NCBI RefSeq assembly: GCF_048593235.1
Contig: NC_133620.1
Coordinates: 477,865,886 to 477,929,885, forward strand
Direction of reading: 5' to 3'
Length of the DNA: 64,000 nt
From: Sminthopsis crassicaudata
Lineage: Eukaryota
This document shows positions 50,588 through 62,481 of the stretch, in pieces; within the stretch, counting starts at the first letter, position 1, and every line of letters starts with the position of its first letter. The notes beneath the pieces were generated by a model that saw only the letters and a program-made list of their open reading frames with translations, searched no databases and was not told where the DNA came from. Position numbers and translations under genes: made by a program.

Positions 50588-51042
50588 CCTATTAACCCCT
50601 GCTTATGCTTTTCCCCTTTCCTTCCCTCTTACCCTCCTATCCAGTATTAAACTGGTGAACACCACTTGCTTTTCACAGCTCTCCCTTTTTAGGATCCCTC
50701 CCCCACCTTAAAGATCCTCCCCTTATTTTACCCCTTTTCCTCGAAATTACTGTATTCCCTTCCCCTTAGCTTACTCCTTCCCTTTCACTTTTCAATGAAG
50801 TGGAAGAAGTTTCACCATAAATCGAATATGTCTATTGATACACACTATGTTCATCTCCCTCCTTTCTTTCTCTCAGATATAATAGGTTACCTTTGCCTCT
50901 TCATGAGATGTAGTACCACCACTTTACACTTTTTTATGATATAATCTCCTTTCCACCTCTAGTTTCTAAGACAAATTGTACATGTGTTCTTTACATATTT
51001 TTTTTGACAGAAGTATAGTTCTCAAGATTTCTTTTTACCTTT

Positions 51043-52129
51043 TTAGAAATCTCTTGAGTTCTGTATTTGAAGATCAAACCTTTTATGTAGGTCTGGTTTT
51101 TTCATCAAAAATAGATGGAATTCATTTATTTCGTTAAATGTCCATCTTCTTCCCTGGAAAACGATGCTCATTCTTGCTGGGTAAGTTATTCTTGGCTGCA
51201 TACCAAGTTCCTTAGCCTTTCGGAATATCATGTTCCAGGCCCTGCGTTCTTTTAATGTGGACGCTGCTAGATCCCGGGTTATCCTTATTGTGGCTCCTCC
51301 ATATTTGAATTGCTTTTTTCTAGCTGCTTCCAATATTTTTCCTTCGTCTGATGGTTCTTGAACTTGGCCACTATATTTCTTGGTGTTTTGATTTTAGGGT
51401 CCCTTTCAGTAGGTGATCGATGAATTTTTTCAATGTCTATTTTACCCTCTGTTTCTAAAACGTCTGGGCAGTTCTCTTTGATAATTTCCTCAAAAATGGT
51501 ATCCAAGCTCTTTTTTTTCCTCACATTTTTCAGGGAGTCGGATTATTCTCAAATTGTCTCTCCTGGATCTGTTTTCCAGGTCTATTGTCTTCCAATAAGG
51601 TACTTGACATTCTTTTCAATTGTTTCATTTCTCTGGTTTTGCTTGACAACTTCTTGGTTTCTCCTTGAGTCATTCATTTCTACTTGTTCGATTCTAATTT
51701 TTAATGATGCATTTTCTTCACTCACTTTTTTTATATCTTTTTGCAATTGTCAAATTGAGTTTTTAAGTGAGTTTTTTTCTTCTATGGAATTTTTTTTCCA
51801 TTTCATCCATTTTATTTTTTAAGAGAACTGTTTTCTTTTTCCAGCTCACTAATCCTGTTTTCCTTGGAGTTGTTTACCTTTTCCAATTCATTAATTTTAT
51901 TTCTCAATGATTTGATCTCTTTATCCACTCTGGATGACTTCTCCAGGCTCTCTTGCCAAGCTTCCCTTTCCTTTTCCCATTTCTCTTCCAGCTCTCTTGT
52001 GAGAGCCTTTTTGATTTCCTCTATGAGAGTCTTGTGTATTGAGGAGCAGCTCATATCCCCCTTAGGGGATTCCTCTGGAGACAGTCTGCTTTTAGTCTCC
52101 TCAGTATTTGAAGTCTGCTCTCTCTCCAT
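51043..52129 (-). pseudogene. L1 ORF1, frameshifted
   Basis: Coiled-coil, EIIKENCP, HRSP, PRNIVAKF, IRITRDLAASTLKERRAWN...QPRITYPA motifs. Confidence 0.93.
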
Positions 52130-54472
52130 ACAGAAGCTGTCAATGGTTAGAGCCCTTTTAAATTTTTGTTCATTTTGTCAGAGCGGGAATCGAAGAAAAC
52201 AAATGGACAAGAGAAACAATTGGTCTGTTTCTGAGGGGGCTGGGGCTGGATGGTGTGCCAAGCTTCCTCTACAGACTGCGGGAGACAGCAGCAAGGCACT
52301 AGCATGAGAGTGATGGCTGTGCTGCGTCTGCGCTCTGAGGCTCTAAGAACGCGCTGAGTCACTCCGGGTGGGGGTGGGGGTGGCCAGGTGCTGAGAGACA
52401 CTACCTTTCCGGGATTTTATTCTTCACCTCCAGTGTTTACACCCTCTCCCGCTGCTCCTGGCTTGCAGCCAAGATGGAACATCCACACTGGGGTAAAGGT
52501 CGTTTTGCAGAAATGGAAGAGATCGCACCCCTCCCCACTCCGGTCTGAGCTGTGTGAGCTGCCTGCCTCACTCTTGCTACCTGCCCTCAGTCTGCACCCA
52601 GTCTGTTCGTCCCCTCCCCTGAGCAAACACAGACCTTCTCTGGTGAATTTCAAGGATGGCTTCTGTTGGTGATTATTTGTGGGTTTCTTTTCCCGTCAAG
52701 CATTAACTCTGAGGATTGTCATGAAGTAAGTCCTGAGAGAAAACGCAGAGCTCAAGTAGCTGTCTGCCTCCGTGCCGCCATCTTGGCCAGAAGTTCCAAG
52801 ACTGTGGTTCTTATTGTAGCTTGCCACACGTGCCCTCTTGGCCAGAGAGAGGTTATGGGAGACTGCTGGCTGAAGGATTTTCTGGCTCTGACCTTTCCCA
52901 GGGGTCTCCTGTGGTTGTGTGACCCCCGGTCGGAGTCTTGGGAGAGCTCCTTGGCACACAGCCTTCCAGTCCTTGCCATGGGTAATGTCACCTTGGTCTG
53001 TACCCCTGTAGGGCCTTTCCTCCATGGTGGAGGTGGTAGCATTCCCGGGCTGGAATCCCCGAAGATCGTGATGGAGACAAGTGTCCAGGAAGTTCTTGTC
53101 CAGGGTGACATTTTTGTTGTTAGTCACGACTGTTGGTGAAACTCGTGCCTTTCCCCCTCTCCCTTGCACTTCAGGTAGGTATTATGCCCAGAGGCTCCTC
53201 TGTGGCCCTGTGAGCCACTGGCGTCATGGGCCGAAAGTTCCTTCAGAAATGTGTGCGGTCACGGCGGCTGCTCTGGTTGGCCAGACCACCTGCTGCAGGG
53301 AGTGTCTGTGACCCGGCCACGCACGCTGGCCCATGAGCACTTGGTGCTCACTCACGGCTGAGTGCCCTGACTTTGAGTGAGGCTCCCATGAGCTGAGAGC
53401 TCCAGCCTCCTCAGCAGTCCAGGGGGAGGAGAGGGCTCGGCAATCCCTCTACCCCTTCTGACAAGTGAGGCGTCGCAGTGCACCCACTGGCCGCATTGCA
53501 TCAAGGCCGACTCCTTTGCTGGGGAGCTCTCCCACAGGCCATGTGGATATGGATCAAGGTATTCCTTGCACTGTGGAGTTCATTCCAAAGGCAGTGCAGC
53601 AAGGGGCTCGGCAGCAGGACGGCTGGCAACGGGAAGGTCCGGAGCCAGTGGCCGGGCCTGCCTGTGATGGGCAAGAGCCTGGCCGAGTGTCCCCTCAGGT
53701 TCAAAGGCCTATTCCTTGTGAGCTCGACGCCAGAAAGCTGAAGGGACAGGGAAGTCATTCTAGAGAAATGATGCCACGGACATTCTTACTAATCAATTCA
53801 TGTGAAGGTTCCCCCCTCCTGTGTCCTGGTGCAGCTAGCTTCATGATGTGCTTGGGTATAGTGATGGCGAACACAGGGGAAAGATTTCAAGGCAATAAGA
53901 TTGTGGCCTGCAAGGCAGGGGGCAGAGTGTGGGTGCGATGTGTCAGGGCCCGGCTCTGCAGGTCCATGGAGAGGTGTGTGTGTGTGGCATGCCATTCACT
54001 TTGGGAACTGTCTCCTGGAGATTCATGGGCTCCAATGGCTGCCTTGTGCAAGTGTGAGGCTCCCGCTTTCCCAGCTGGGCCCAACATGAGCAAAGAGGAT
54101 GAGTGAGAAGCCAGAAAAGTGAGTTGATGCTGTTTATTAGCAGGCAGGCCGTGGTCAAGGCCATCCCCGGGCATTTTGACATGAGAGAGAGCCTGCCAGG
54201 GGCTGCAAGCAGTGGGCCCGGGTGTACAATGAAGCAGGTGCTAAGGCTGGGGCAGCCAGGGTTTGGAAGAGACCCACATGGGTTCTGCTGCCATAAATGT
54301 TTGCTGCACCTTGCTATCTGTGCAATCTTGGGAAGGTGGGGGGTGTAGGGAGTCGGGTCAGTTGCTGAGGCTGATGCCCGTGGAGGGAGCTGGGAGACCC
54401 GCAGAAGTGGGGCCCGGGGTGGGGGAGAGACAGAGGGCGTCAGCCAGGGGGACAGAGAGCAGTAGCCTGGGC

Positions 54473-55273
54473 TCAGCAGCAAGATTTCTGGCCGCAGCTG
54501 GGGGCGCAGCAGGCGGGTTTGCAGCAGGCGGGCCGGCAGACCAGGGACACGCAGGAGGCGGGGCGGCAGCAGGGGGCGGCCGGGCAGCAGGAGGGTGCAC
54601 AGCAGCAAGAGGAGGAGGACGTGGGGCCGCAGCAAGAGGGTCTGCAGGAGACGGGTGCGCAGCAGGAGGCCAGGCCGCACACGGGGCGGCACATGAGGGG
54701 CACGCAGCAGGCCGGGCGGCAGCAGCTGGGCTGGCAGCAGCTGGAGGTGGGGCAGCAGGCTCTGGTCACACAGCAGCTGGGCTTGCAGCACACAGGCAGG
54801 GAGATGCAGCAGCTGGGCTTACAGCACACGGGGACGCAGCAGCAGGACTGCACCGAGCAGAGAGAGGCAGTGCAGCAAGGGGTTGGGCAGCAGGACTGCT
54901 GGCAGCAGGAAGATCCGCAGCCAGAGGGCTGGCAGCCAGACAGCTGGCAGCAGGATGGCGAGCAGGAGGAGGTGCAGAGAGCCTGGCAGGGGCTGGGTTC
55001 ACAGGCCACCTGGCAGGTGGCGGGCACGCAGCAGACTGGCCGGCACACGAGGGTCAGGCAGGAGGCCGGTGTGCAGCAGGGGGCCGGGCAGCAGGGGGCT
55101 GGGCAGCAGCCGGGTTCACAACAGCTCTCCGGGCAGTCGTCCAGCTGCCAGGAAGAGCCGGTGCAAGAACTGGGCAAGCAGACTCTGTTGCTGCCGCAGC
55201 TCACATCACTGGAACAGACTGAGACGGCCGAGGCTGTGGGAAAGCAAGGCCCAGAGAAACAGGTGTCTGCCAT
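54473..55273 (-). CDS. KRTAP10-like: KRTAP10-like (copy D, 266 aa)
   Basis: Same family termini; TATA at 55482-55488. Confidence 0.93.
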   Translation of the reverse strand: MADTCFSGPCFPTASAVSVCSSDVSCGSNRVCLPSSCTGSSWQLDDCPESCCEPGCCPAPCCPAPCCTPASCLTLVCRPVCCVPATCQVACEPSPCQALCTSSCSPSCCQLSGCQPSGCGSSCCQQSCCPTPCCTASLCSVQSCCCVPVCCKPSCCISLPVCCKPSCCVTRACCPTSSCCQPSCCRPACCVPLMCRPVCGLASCCAPVSCRPSCCGPTSSSSCCCAPSCCPAAPCCRPASCVSLVCRPACCKPACCAPSCGQKSCC

Positions 55274-56446
55274 GGTGGGAGTGGTGGGTGGGTGCCTTGG
55301 GTGGCAGAGGCCGGGAAACGGGTGTCAGCGAGGGGCCGAGTGTGTGATGCAGGGAGGTGCGGGAGCCTCACTGGGATGGAGCTGGTGTCTGTGCCTGTGG
55401 GCGTGAGTGTGAGTGTGAGTGTGGGTGTGAGTGTGAGTGAAGGTGTGGGGCTGAGTGTGAAGGTGGCTCAGCCTGGTGGGCTTTTATATCCCTCCTGGCA
55501 GGAGGATGGCCCAAGGGAAGGCCGGACCTTCTTCCCTGTTGATGTTTGTGGCCCCTTCCCTCAGAAGCCAATCATTAAGGGACAGTGACATAGCCCAGGG
55601 GAGAGCCATTGGTCCACAAACACCTCTCCCTGTGAGTCTGACTGTGCTGGTGCTGGCTTCTGTGTGTGTATGAGTCTTGTAAGTGTGTGTGCATGTGCGA
55701 GTGTGTAATTGGGGATGGGTCCATCAGATGATGGACATGTATCCTGCCTTGGGTTCTGTAGGTCACTGATGCCAAACATGAGGCTGGAAGGAAGTCAGTG
55801 GCTTTGGCTTTGTTGCAGGGGGAAAAGGGGCCAGCAGGCAGAAGGAATGAAGGGCTACAGCCAGTCTCCTGCAAGGAGTGTCCATGGTGGAGCCACTGCT
55901 CTGTGCCACTGCCCTGGGGGCAGAGATGTGTACTTGTGTGTGATTGGTTGCTCTTGTCTGAATGGGAGCTGGTCCCTGTGGGAAGGGAGGCCCCGTGGGC
56001 CTTTTTAGACTACAGGGAGGAGAGGCATGGTGCGACCCAAAGCAGTCCTGGAGGGAGTCGCTATATGGTGGGTCCAAATCTCCAGAGAAATCTATCAGAG
56101 CAAGCATGGTGGCCTTGCTGGGGAAGGCCTCAGAGAGCTCTTGGGGACCTTAGTTTTGCCGTGTGCGACCAGCAATGTGACAGCCAGTGCTTCTCCGCGA
56201 AGGCTGAGTCGGCCAGCAATGGGGGAGATGAGCAGGGCATGGAGAACATGCCTCCTCTCTCAGGCAAAAAGGCCAGTGGCCTCCCTGCAAGGCTTTCCTG
56301 GAACTAGCTCTTTGGAGTATGCCAAGGGAACACATAGGAAGAACGTCTGCCGCTGAGCCAAATGGGTCAGGTTTGTCTCTACCACTCTGCCTGCCACATA
56401 GCCGCCATGCCAGCAGTCCCGATTCCCAGGCCCTCTGATGACCATG

Positions 56447-57953
56447 TGTTATGGGCCAGAACATGAAACAAGGTGCTAATGCTTATGTACTTAATTCACA
56501 CCTTTAAAGGAGTTCATGTAACGTCTTGTTGTCTCCAGAAACTGCCAATACCTCTTTGGGAGGAGATCTTCTGTCTCAACTCAATCTCCTGGCCAGACTC
56601 TTCTTCCTGTAGAGAGCCATCCCAACTCTGACCTAGAGTAGTCTCCTTCTCCAGTCCCAATGTTGCTTCTGTTATCTCCCAGAGAATGGGCGTGGGATAA
56701 CTCAGGGGCTTATGGGAAAAATACTTCAATCAATGAACTTGCTCCTTTTAAAGGTTGTGTAAACTCCTTTTCATATGTAAACTCCTCCTCAGAAGTTCAA
56801 AATTGTAAACTCCCCTTAAAGGCGGGAACCAAAAGGTGTGAACTAGAGAATTGTTAGGTACCAACTTAGCACTTAGTAAGAACCTTACATCTCCCCCTTT
56901 CTTTTGATTTAGAACATAGGGTGGTCATGACCTTGAAACATAAATCCATCAATATGGGAAGTATTACACATAATTACATAAATTACATAAATACATAGTA
57001 ACATAGTAACATAACACGTGCTAGAAGTATGTAACAAATAACATGATCAAATAATCATAAATTGAGAATTTATAAATGTCCATAAGTCCATTGTCCATTA
57101 GTTCATGTGCCAAAAATCAAATAATTCTTGCAAGTTTTGCAGTCCTCCAATAGTCTCATCTTGTATTAGGAAATCCAATGATTCCTGCTGGTTTTAAAGT
57201 TCTTTAACAGTCTTCTTATTTGCCATGCTCTTTCAGTATCAGATGTTTCTTAGATCTTCTCCTTTATTTTGAGGTCTTTCTCTTTTTCTGTCTCTCTCTG
57301 ATGGACAAGACGAATATGACTCGTTGGCACCCCTCTGATTCCTTCTCCATCTGAAAAAATACAAGCAAACCCTCTCCCCCAGGCAGTTAACCTATCTGGT
57401 CCCTTCCATTCACCACTTTCTGGGTCTCTCCACATCACCTGGCGATTATCTAAGGACAGTGGAGCTGCTCGCACTGGACACTGCCCTTCTGGTGGGTTAT
57501 AAAACCTGTCTGCCAGAGCCAGTGCATCTTTGTCAAAAATTAGAAAATTAATGGTATAGAGAACTAAATTTAGAAGTTCTCTAGGGTTACCTGTGGCTCC
57601 CCCTTTCTTTTGTTTTTGGAGTCACACATTAGACTTCAATTAGAGAGCATGTATAAGAAGAAGCCCACAAGCCCACTCTCCAAAAGTGGATTCAAATTCA
57701 TTCTAGATTCCACCTTTGTGCTGCTGCAGATTTCAGAGGGAGCTCTTGGAACCAAGTAGAGAGATCGGCCTCTGCTAAAGCTTACTAGGCCACAGGAAAA
57801 GAGACAGGCTTTGAAGGAGAAAATAAAGGATTTGGACTTTAATACCTGGCTGTATTTGGGGTGATTACACTGAACTGAAACTAAGGCTGCTTCCAGAAGG
57901 TCCCCAAGAAACCTGCTCTCAGAGAATATTATATTTTAGAGTAGAGCACTTCA
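56447..57953 (+). mobile_element. Solo LTR (same family as 45620-46017) split by a nested ERV fragment
   Basis: Perfect TSD accatg at 56441-56446 and 57954-57959. Confidence 0.85.
56517..57621 (-). mobile_element. Nested betaretrovirus-like (class II) ERV fragment: integrase C-terminus, PPT and 3' LTR
   Basis: LTR TG..CA at 56517-56889, followed by the reverse complement of a polypurine tract (tctccccctttc). Integrase motifs LQKQK, LNLVLYTINFL and WKGPD..WGRGFAC (cf. HERV-K LNLALYTLNFL and WGRGFAC). Confidence 0.85.
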
Positions 57954-59051
57954 ACCATGGGGACAGCCAAGCACTTGGGAAGTGATAGAAAGGGAACTTG
58001 TGCCAGGCAGACTTGGATCAGCAGGTGGCTCTATAAGGTCGACGCCGAAGGGCTGGAGCGGTCATTCCAAGCAAGGGCAGGTGGCCTGAGGGGATGGGCT
58101 CTCATGGCCCGTTCTGGACTCTGCTGGATGGCTTCAAGGCTCGCTCCTTGCCAGGGACCTCTTACACAGAATATGTGTTCTAGTACATGGATCAAGGTGT
58201 TCCTTGTGCTCTGGAGTTCATTCTACAGGGGACCAAGGACCCCAAGGCCTCAGGGTCTCCAAGGCCATGCAAAGGCCCGTTTGTTATGTGCAAGTGCCTG
58301 GTCGAGGATCCCCTCATGTCTAAAGGACTATTCCTAGCGAGCTGGAAGCCAGAAACCTGGCGCGCCTGGGAGTCATTCTAGAGAAACGTGTGCCGAGGGC
58401 ATCCTTTCTAAGCAGCGCATGTGAAGGTTCCCTCCTGCTCTGTGCTGGTGGCAGCTGGCCTCTTCGCTGGTGTGCTTGGATACAGTGATGGCGGGCACAG
58501 GGGAAAGATTTTAAGGCAATCGAATTATGGCCTGAAAGTCAGGGGGCAGAGTGTGGATGCGATGTGTCCGGGCCCGGCTCTGCAGGACCACGGAGAGGTG
58601 TGTGTGTGGAATGCCGTTCACATTGGGCACTGTCTCCTGGAGATTCATGGGCTCCACTGGCTGCCTTGTGGAAGCATGAGGCTCCTGCTTTCCCAGCTGG
58701 GCCCAAGATGAGCAAAGAGGACGAGTGAGAGGCCAGAAAAGTGAGTTGATGCTATTTATTAGTAGGACAGTCTGTGGCCAAAGCCATCCCCGTGCACTTT
58801 GACATGAGAGAGAGCCTGCCAGTGGGCTGCAAGCAGTGGGCCCGGGTGCATGCCAAGCAGGTGCCGAGACTGGGGCAGCCATGGTTTGCTTGGCATCTCT
58901 GTGGTCTGTGGAAAGTGGGGAGTGTAGGGTGTCTGGTCAGTTCTTGAGGCTGATATCCGGGGAGGGATACGGGAGACCCGCAGAAGTGGGGCCCGGGGTG
59001 GGGGAGAGACACAGGGCGTCAGCCAGGGGGACAGAGAGCAGCAGCCTGGGC

Positions 59052-59801
59052 TCAGCAGCAAGATTTCTGGCCGCAGCTGGGGGCGCAGCAGGCGGGCTTG
59101 CAGCAGGCGGGCCGGCAGACCAGGGACACACAGGAGGCGGGGCGGCAGCAGGGGGCGGCCGGGCAGCAGGAGGGTGCACAGCAGCAAGAGGAGGAGGACG
59201 TGGGGCCGCAGCAAGAGGGTCTGCAGGAGACGGGCGCGCAGCAGGAGACCGGGCCGCACACGGGGCGGCACACGAGGGACACGCAGCAGGCCGGGCGGCA
59301 GCAGCTGGGCTTGCAGCACACAGGCAGGGAGATGCAGCAGCTGGGCTTACAGCACACGGGGACGCAGCAGCAGGACTGCACCGAGCAGGGAGAGGCAGCG
59401 CAGCAAGGGGCTGGGCAGCAGGACTGCTGGCAGCAGGAAGACCCGCAGCCAGAGGGCTGGCAGCAAGACTGCTGGCAGCAGGATGGCGAGCAGGAGGAGG
59501 TGCAGAGAGCCTGGCAGGGGCTGGGTTCACAGGCCACCTGGCAGGTGGCGGGCACGCAGCAGACTGGCCGGCACACGAGGGTCAGGCAGGAGGCCGGTGT
59601 GCAGCAGGGGGCCGGGCAGCAGGGGGCTGGGCAGCAGCCGGGTTCACAACAGCTCTCCGGGCAGTCGTCCAGCTGCCAGGAAGAGCCGGTGCAAGAACTG
59701 GGCAAGCAGACTCTGTTGCTGCCGCAGCTCACATCACTGGAACAGACTGAGACGGCCGAGGCTGTGGGAAAGCAAGGCCCAGAGAAACAGGTGTCTGCCA
59801 T
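59052..59801 (-). CDS. KRTAP10-like: KRTAP10-like (copy E, 249 aa)
   Basis: Same family termini; TATA at 60010-60016. Confidence 0.93.
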   Translation of the reverse strand: MADTCFSGPCFPTASAVSVCSSDVSCGSNRVCLPSSCTGSSWQLDDCPESCCEPGCCPAPCCPAPCCTPASCLTLVCRPVCCVPATCQVACEPSPCQALCTSSCSPSCCQQSCCQPSGCGSSCCQQSCCPAPCCAASPCSVQSCCCVPVCCKPSCCISLPVCCKPSCCRPACCVSLVCRPVCGPVSCCAPVSCRPSCCGPTSSSSCCCAPSCCPAAPCCRPASCVSLVCRPACCKPACCAPSCGQKSCC

Positions 59802-60974
59802 GGTGGGAGTGGTGGGTGGGTGCCTTGGGTGGCAGAGGCCGGGAAACGGGTGTCAGCGAGGGGCCGAGTGTGTGATGCAGGGAGGTGCGGGAGCCTCACT
59901 GGGATGGAGCTGGTGTCTGTGCCTGTGGGCGTGAGTGTGAGTGTGAGTGTGGGTGTGAGTGTGAGTGAAGGTGTGGGGCTGAGTGTGAAGGTGGCTCAGC
60001 CTGGTGGGCTTTTATATCCCTCCTGGCAGGAGGATGGCCCAAGGGAAGGCCGGACCTTCTTCCCTGTTGATGTTTGTGGCCCCTTCCCTCAGAAGCCAAT
60101 CATTAAGGGACAGTGACATAGCCCAGGGGAGAGCCATTGGTCCACAAACACCTCTCCCTGTGAGTCTGACTGTGCTGGTGCTGGCTTCTGTGTGTGTATG
60201 AGTCTTGTAAGTGTGTGTGCATGTGCGAGTGTGTAATTGGGGATGGGTCCATCAGATGATGGACATGTATCCTGCCTTGGGTTCTGTAGGTCACTGATGC
60301 CAAACATGAGGCTGGAAGGAAGTCAGTGGCTTTGGCTTTGTTGCAGGGGGAAAAGGGGCCAGCAGGCAGAAGGAATGAAGGGCTACAGCCAGTCTCCTGC
60401 AAGGAGTGTCCATGGTGGAGCCACTGCTCTGTGCCACTGCCCTGGGGGCAGAGATGTGTACTTGTGTGTGATTGGTTGCTCTTGTCTGAATGGGAGCTGG
60501 TCCCTGTGGGAAGGGAGGCCCCGTGGGCCTTTTTAGACTACAGGGAGGAGAGGCATGGTGCGACCCAAAGCAGTCCTGGAGGGAGTCGCTATATGGTGGG
60601 TCCAAATCTCCAGAGAAATCTATCAGAGCAAGCATGGTGGCCTTGCTGGGGAAGGCCTCAGAGAGCTCTTGGGGACCTTAGTTTTGCCGTGTGCGACCAG
60701 CAATGTGACAGCCAGTGCTTCTCCGCGAAGGCTGAGTCGGCCAGCAATGGGGGAGATGAGCAGGGCATGGAGAACATGCCTCCTCTCTCAGGCAAAAAGG
60801 CCAGTGGCCTCCCTGCAAGGCTTTCCTGGAACTAGCTCTTTGGAGTATGCCAAGGGAACACATAGGAAGAACGTCTGCCGCTGAGCCAAATGGGTCAGGT
60901 TTGTCTCTACCACTCTGCCTGCCACATAGCCGCCATGCCAGCAGTCCCGATTCCCAGGCCCTCTGATGACCATG

Positions 60975-62481
60975 TGTTATGGGCCAGAACATGAAACAAG
61001 GTGCTAATGCTTATGTACTTAATTCACACCTTTAAAGGAGTTCATGTAACGTCTTGTTGTCTCCAGAAACTGCCAATACCTCTTTGGGAGGAGATCTTCT
61101 GTCTCAACTCAATCTCCTGGCCAGACTCTTCTTCCTGTAGAGAGCCATCCCAACTCTGACCTAGAGTAGTCTCCTTCTCCAGTCCCAATGTTGCTTCTGT
61201 TATCTCCCAGAGAATGGGCGTGGGATAACTCAGGGGCTTATGGGAAAAATACTTCAATCAATGAACTTGCTCCTTTTAAAGGTTGTGTAAACTCCTTTTC
61301 ATATGTAAACTCCTCCTCAGAAGTTCAAAATTGTAAACTCCCCTTAAAGGCGGGAACCAAAAGGTGTGAACTAGAGAATTGTTAGGTACCAACTTAGCAC
61401 TTAGTAAGAACCTTACATCTCCCCCTTTCTTTTGATTTAGAACATAGGGTGGTCATGACCTTGAAACATAAATCCATCAATATGGGAAGTATTACACATA
61501 ATTACATAAATTACATAAATACATAGTAACATAGTAACATAACACGTGCTAGAAGTATGTAACAAATAACATGATCAAATAATCATAAATTGAGAATTTA
61601 TAAATGTCCATAAGTCCATTGTCCATTAGTTCATGTGCCAAAAATCAAATAATTCTTGCAAGTTTTGCAGTCCTCCAATAGTCTCATCTTGTATTAGGAA
61701 ATCCAATGATTCCTGCTGGTTTTAAAGTTCTTTAACAGTCTTCTTATTTGCCATGCTCTTTCAGTATCAGATGTTTCTTAGATCTTCTCCTTTATTTTGA
61801 GGTCTTTCTCTTTTTCTGTCTCTCTCTGATGGACAAGACGAATATGACTCGTTGGCACCCCTCTGATTCCTTCTCCATCTGAAAAAATACAAGCAAACCC
61901 TCTCCCCCAGGCAGTTAACCTATCTGGTCCCTTCCATTCACCACTTTCTGGGTCTCTCCACATCACCTGGCGATTATCTAAGGACAGTGGAGCTGCTCGC
62001 ACTGGACACTGCCCTTCTGGTGGGTTATAAAACCTGTCTGCCAGAGCCAGTGCATCTTTGTCAAAAATTAGAAAATTAATGGTATAGAGAACTAAATTTA
62101 GAAGTTCTCTAGGGTTACCTGTGGCTCCCCCTTTCTTTTGTTTTTGGAGTCACACATTAGACTTCAATTAGAGAGCATGTATAAGAAGAAGCCCACAAGC
62201 CCACTCTCCAAAAGTGGATTCAAATTCATTCTAGATTCCACCTTTGTGCTGCTGCAGATTTCAGAGGGAGCTCTTGGAACCAAGTAGAGAGATCGGCCTC
62301 TGCTAAAACTTACTAGGCCACAGGAAAAGAGACAGGCTTTGAAGGAGAAAATAAAGGATTTGGACTTTAATACCTGGCTGTATTTGGGGTGATTACACTG
62401 AACTGAAACTAAGGCTGCTTCCAGAAGGTCCCCAAGAAACCTGCTCTCAGAGAATATTATATTTTAGAGTAGAGCACTTCA
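60975..62481 (+). mobile_element. Duplicate of the solo LTR with nested ERV fragment (nested part 61045-62149, minus strand)
   Basis: Copy of 56447-57953 at +4528. Confidence 0.85.

Larger units (their letters stand above)
46302..52799 (-). mobile_element. Full-length (about 6.5 kb) L1 with disrupted ORFs and 13-bp TSD
   Basis: TSD gactgtggttctt at 46289-46301 and 52800-52812; poly(A) tail at the left; 5' end ggccaagatggcgg (YY1 site); ORF1 and ORF2 fragments. Empty site at about 40632. Confidence 0.96.

Noticed and set aside
58187-58381. MDQG(V/I)PC...KGLFL ORF recurring in the spacers (also near 41370, 53545 and 62715)
   Set aside because: Recurrence is explained by spacer paralogy. Substitutions are not obviously synonymous-biased, lengths differ, and I do not recognise the protein. 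The KGLF match to TSPEAR is too short to mean anything.
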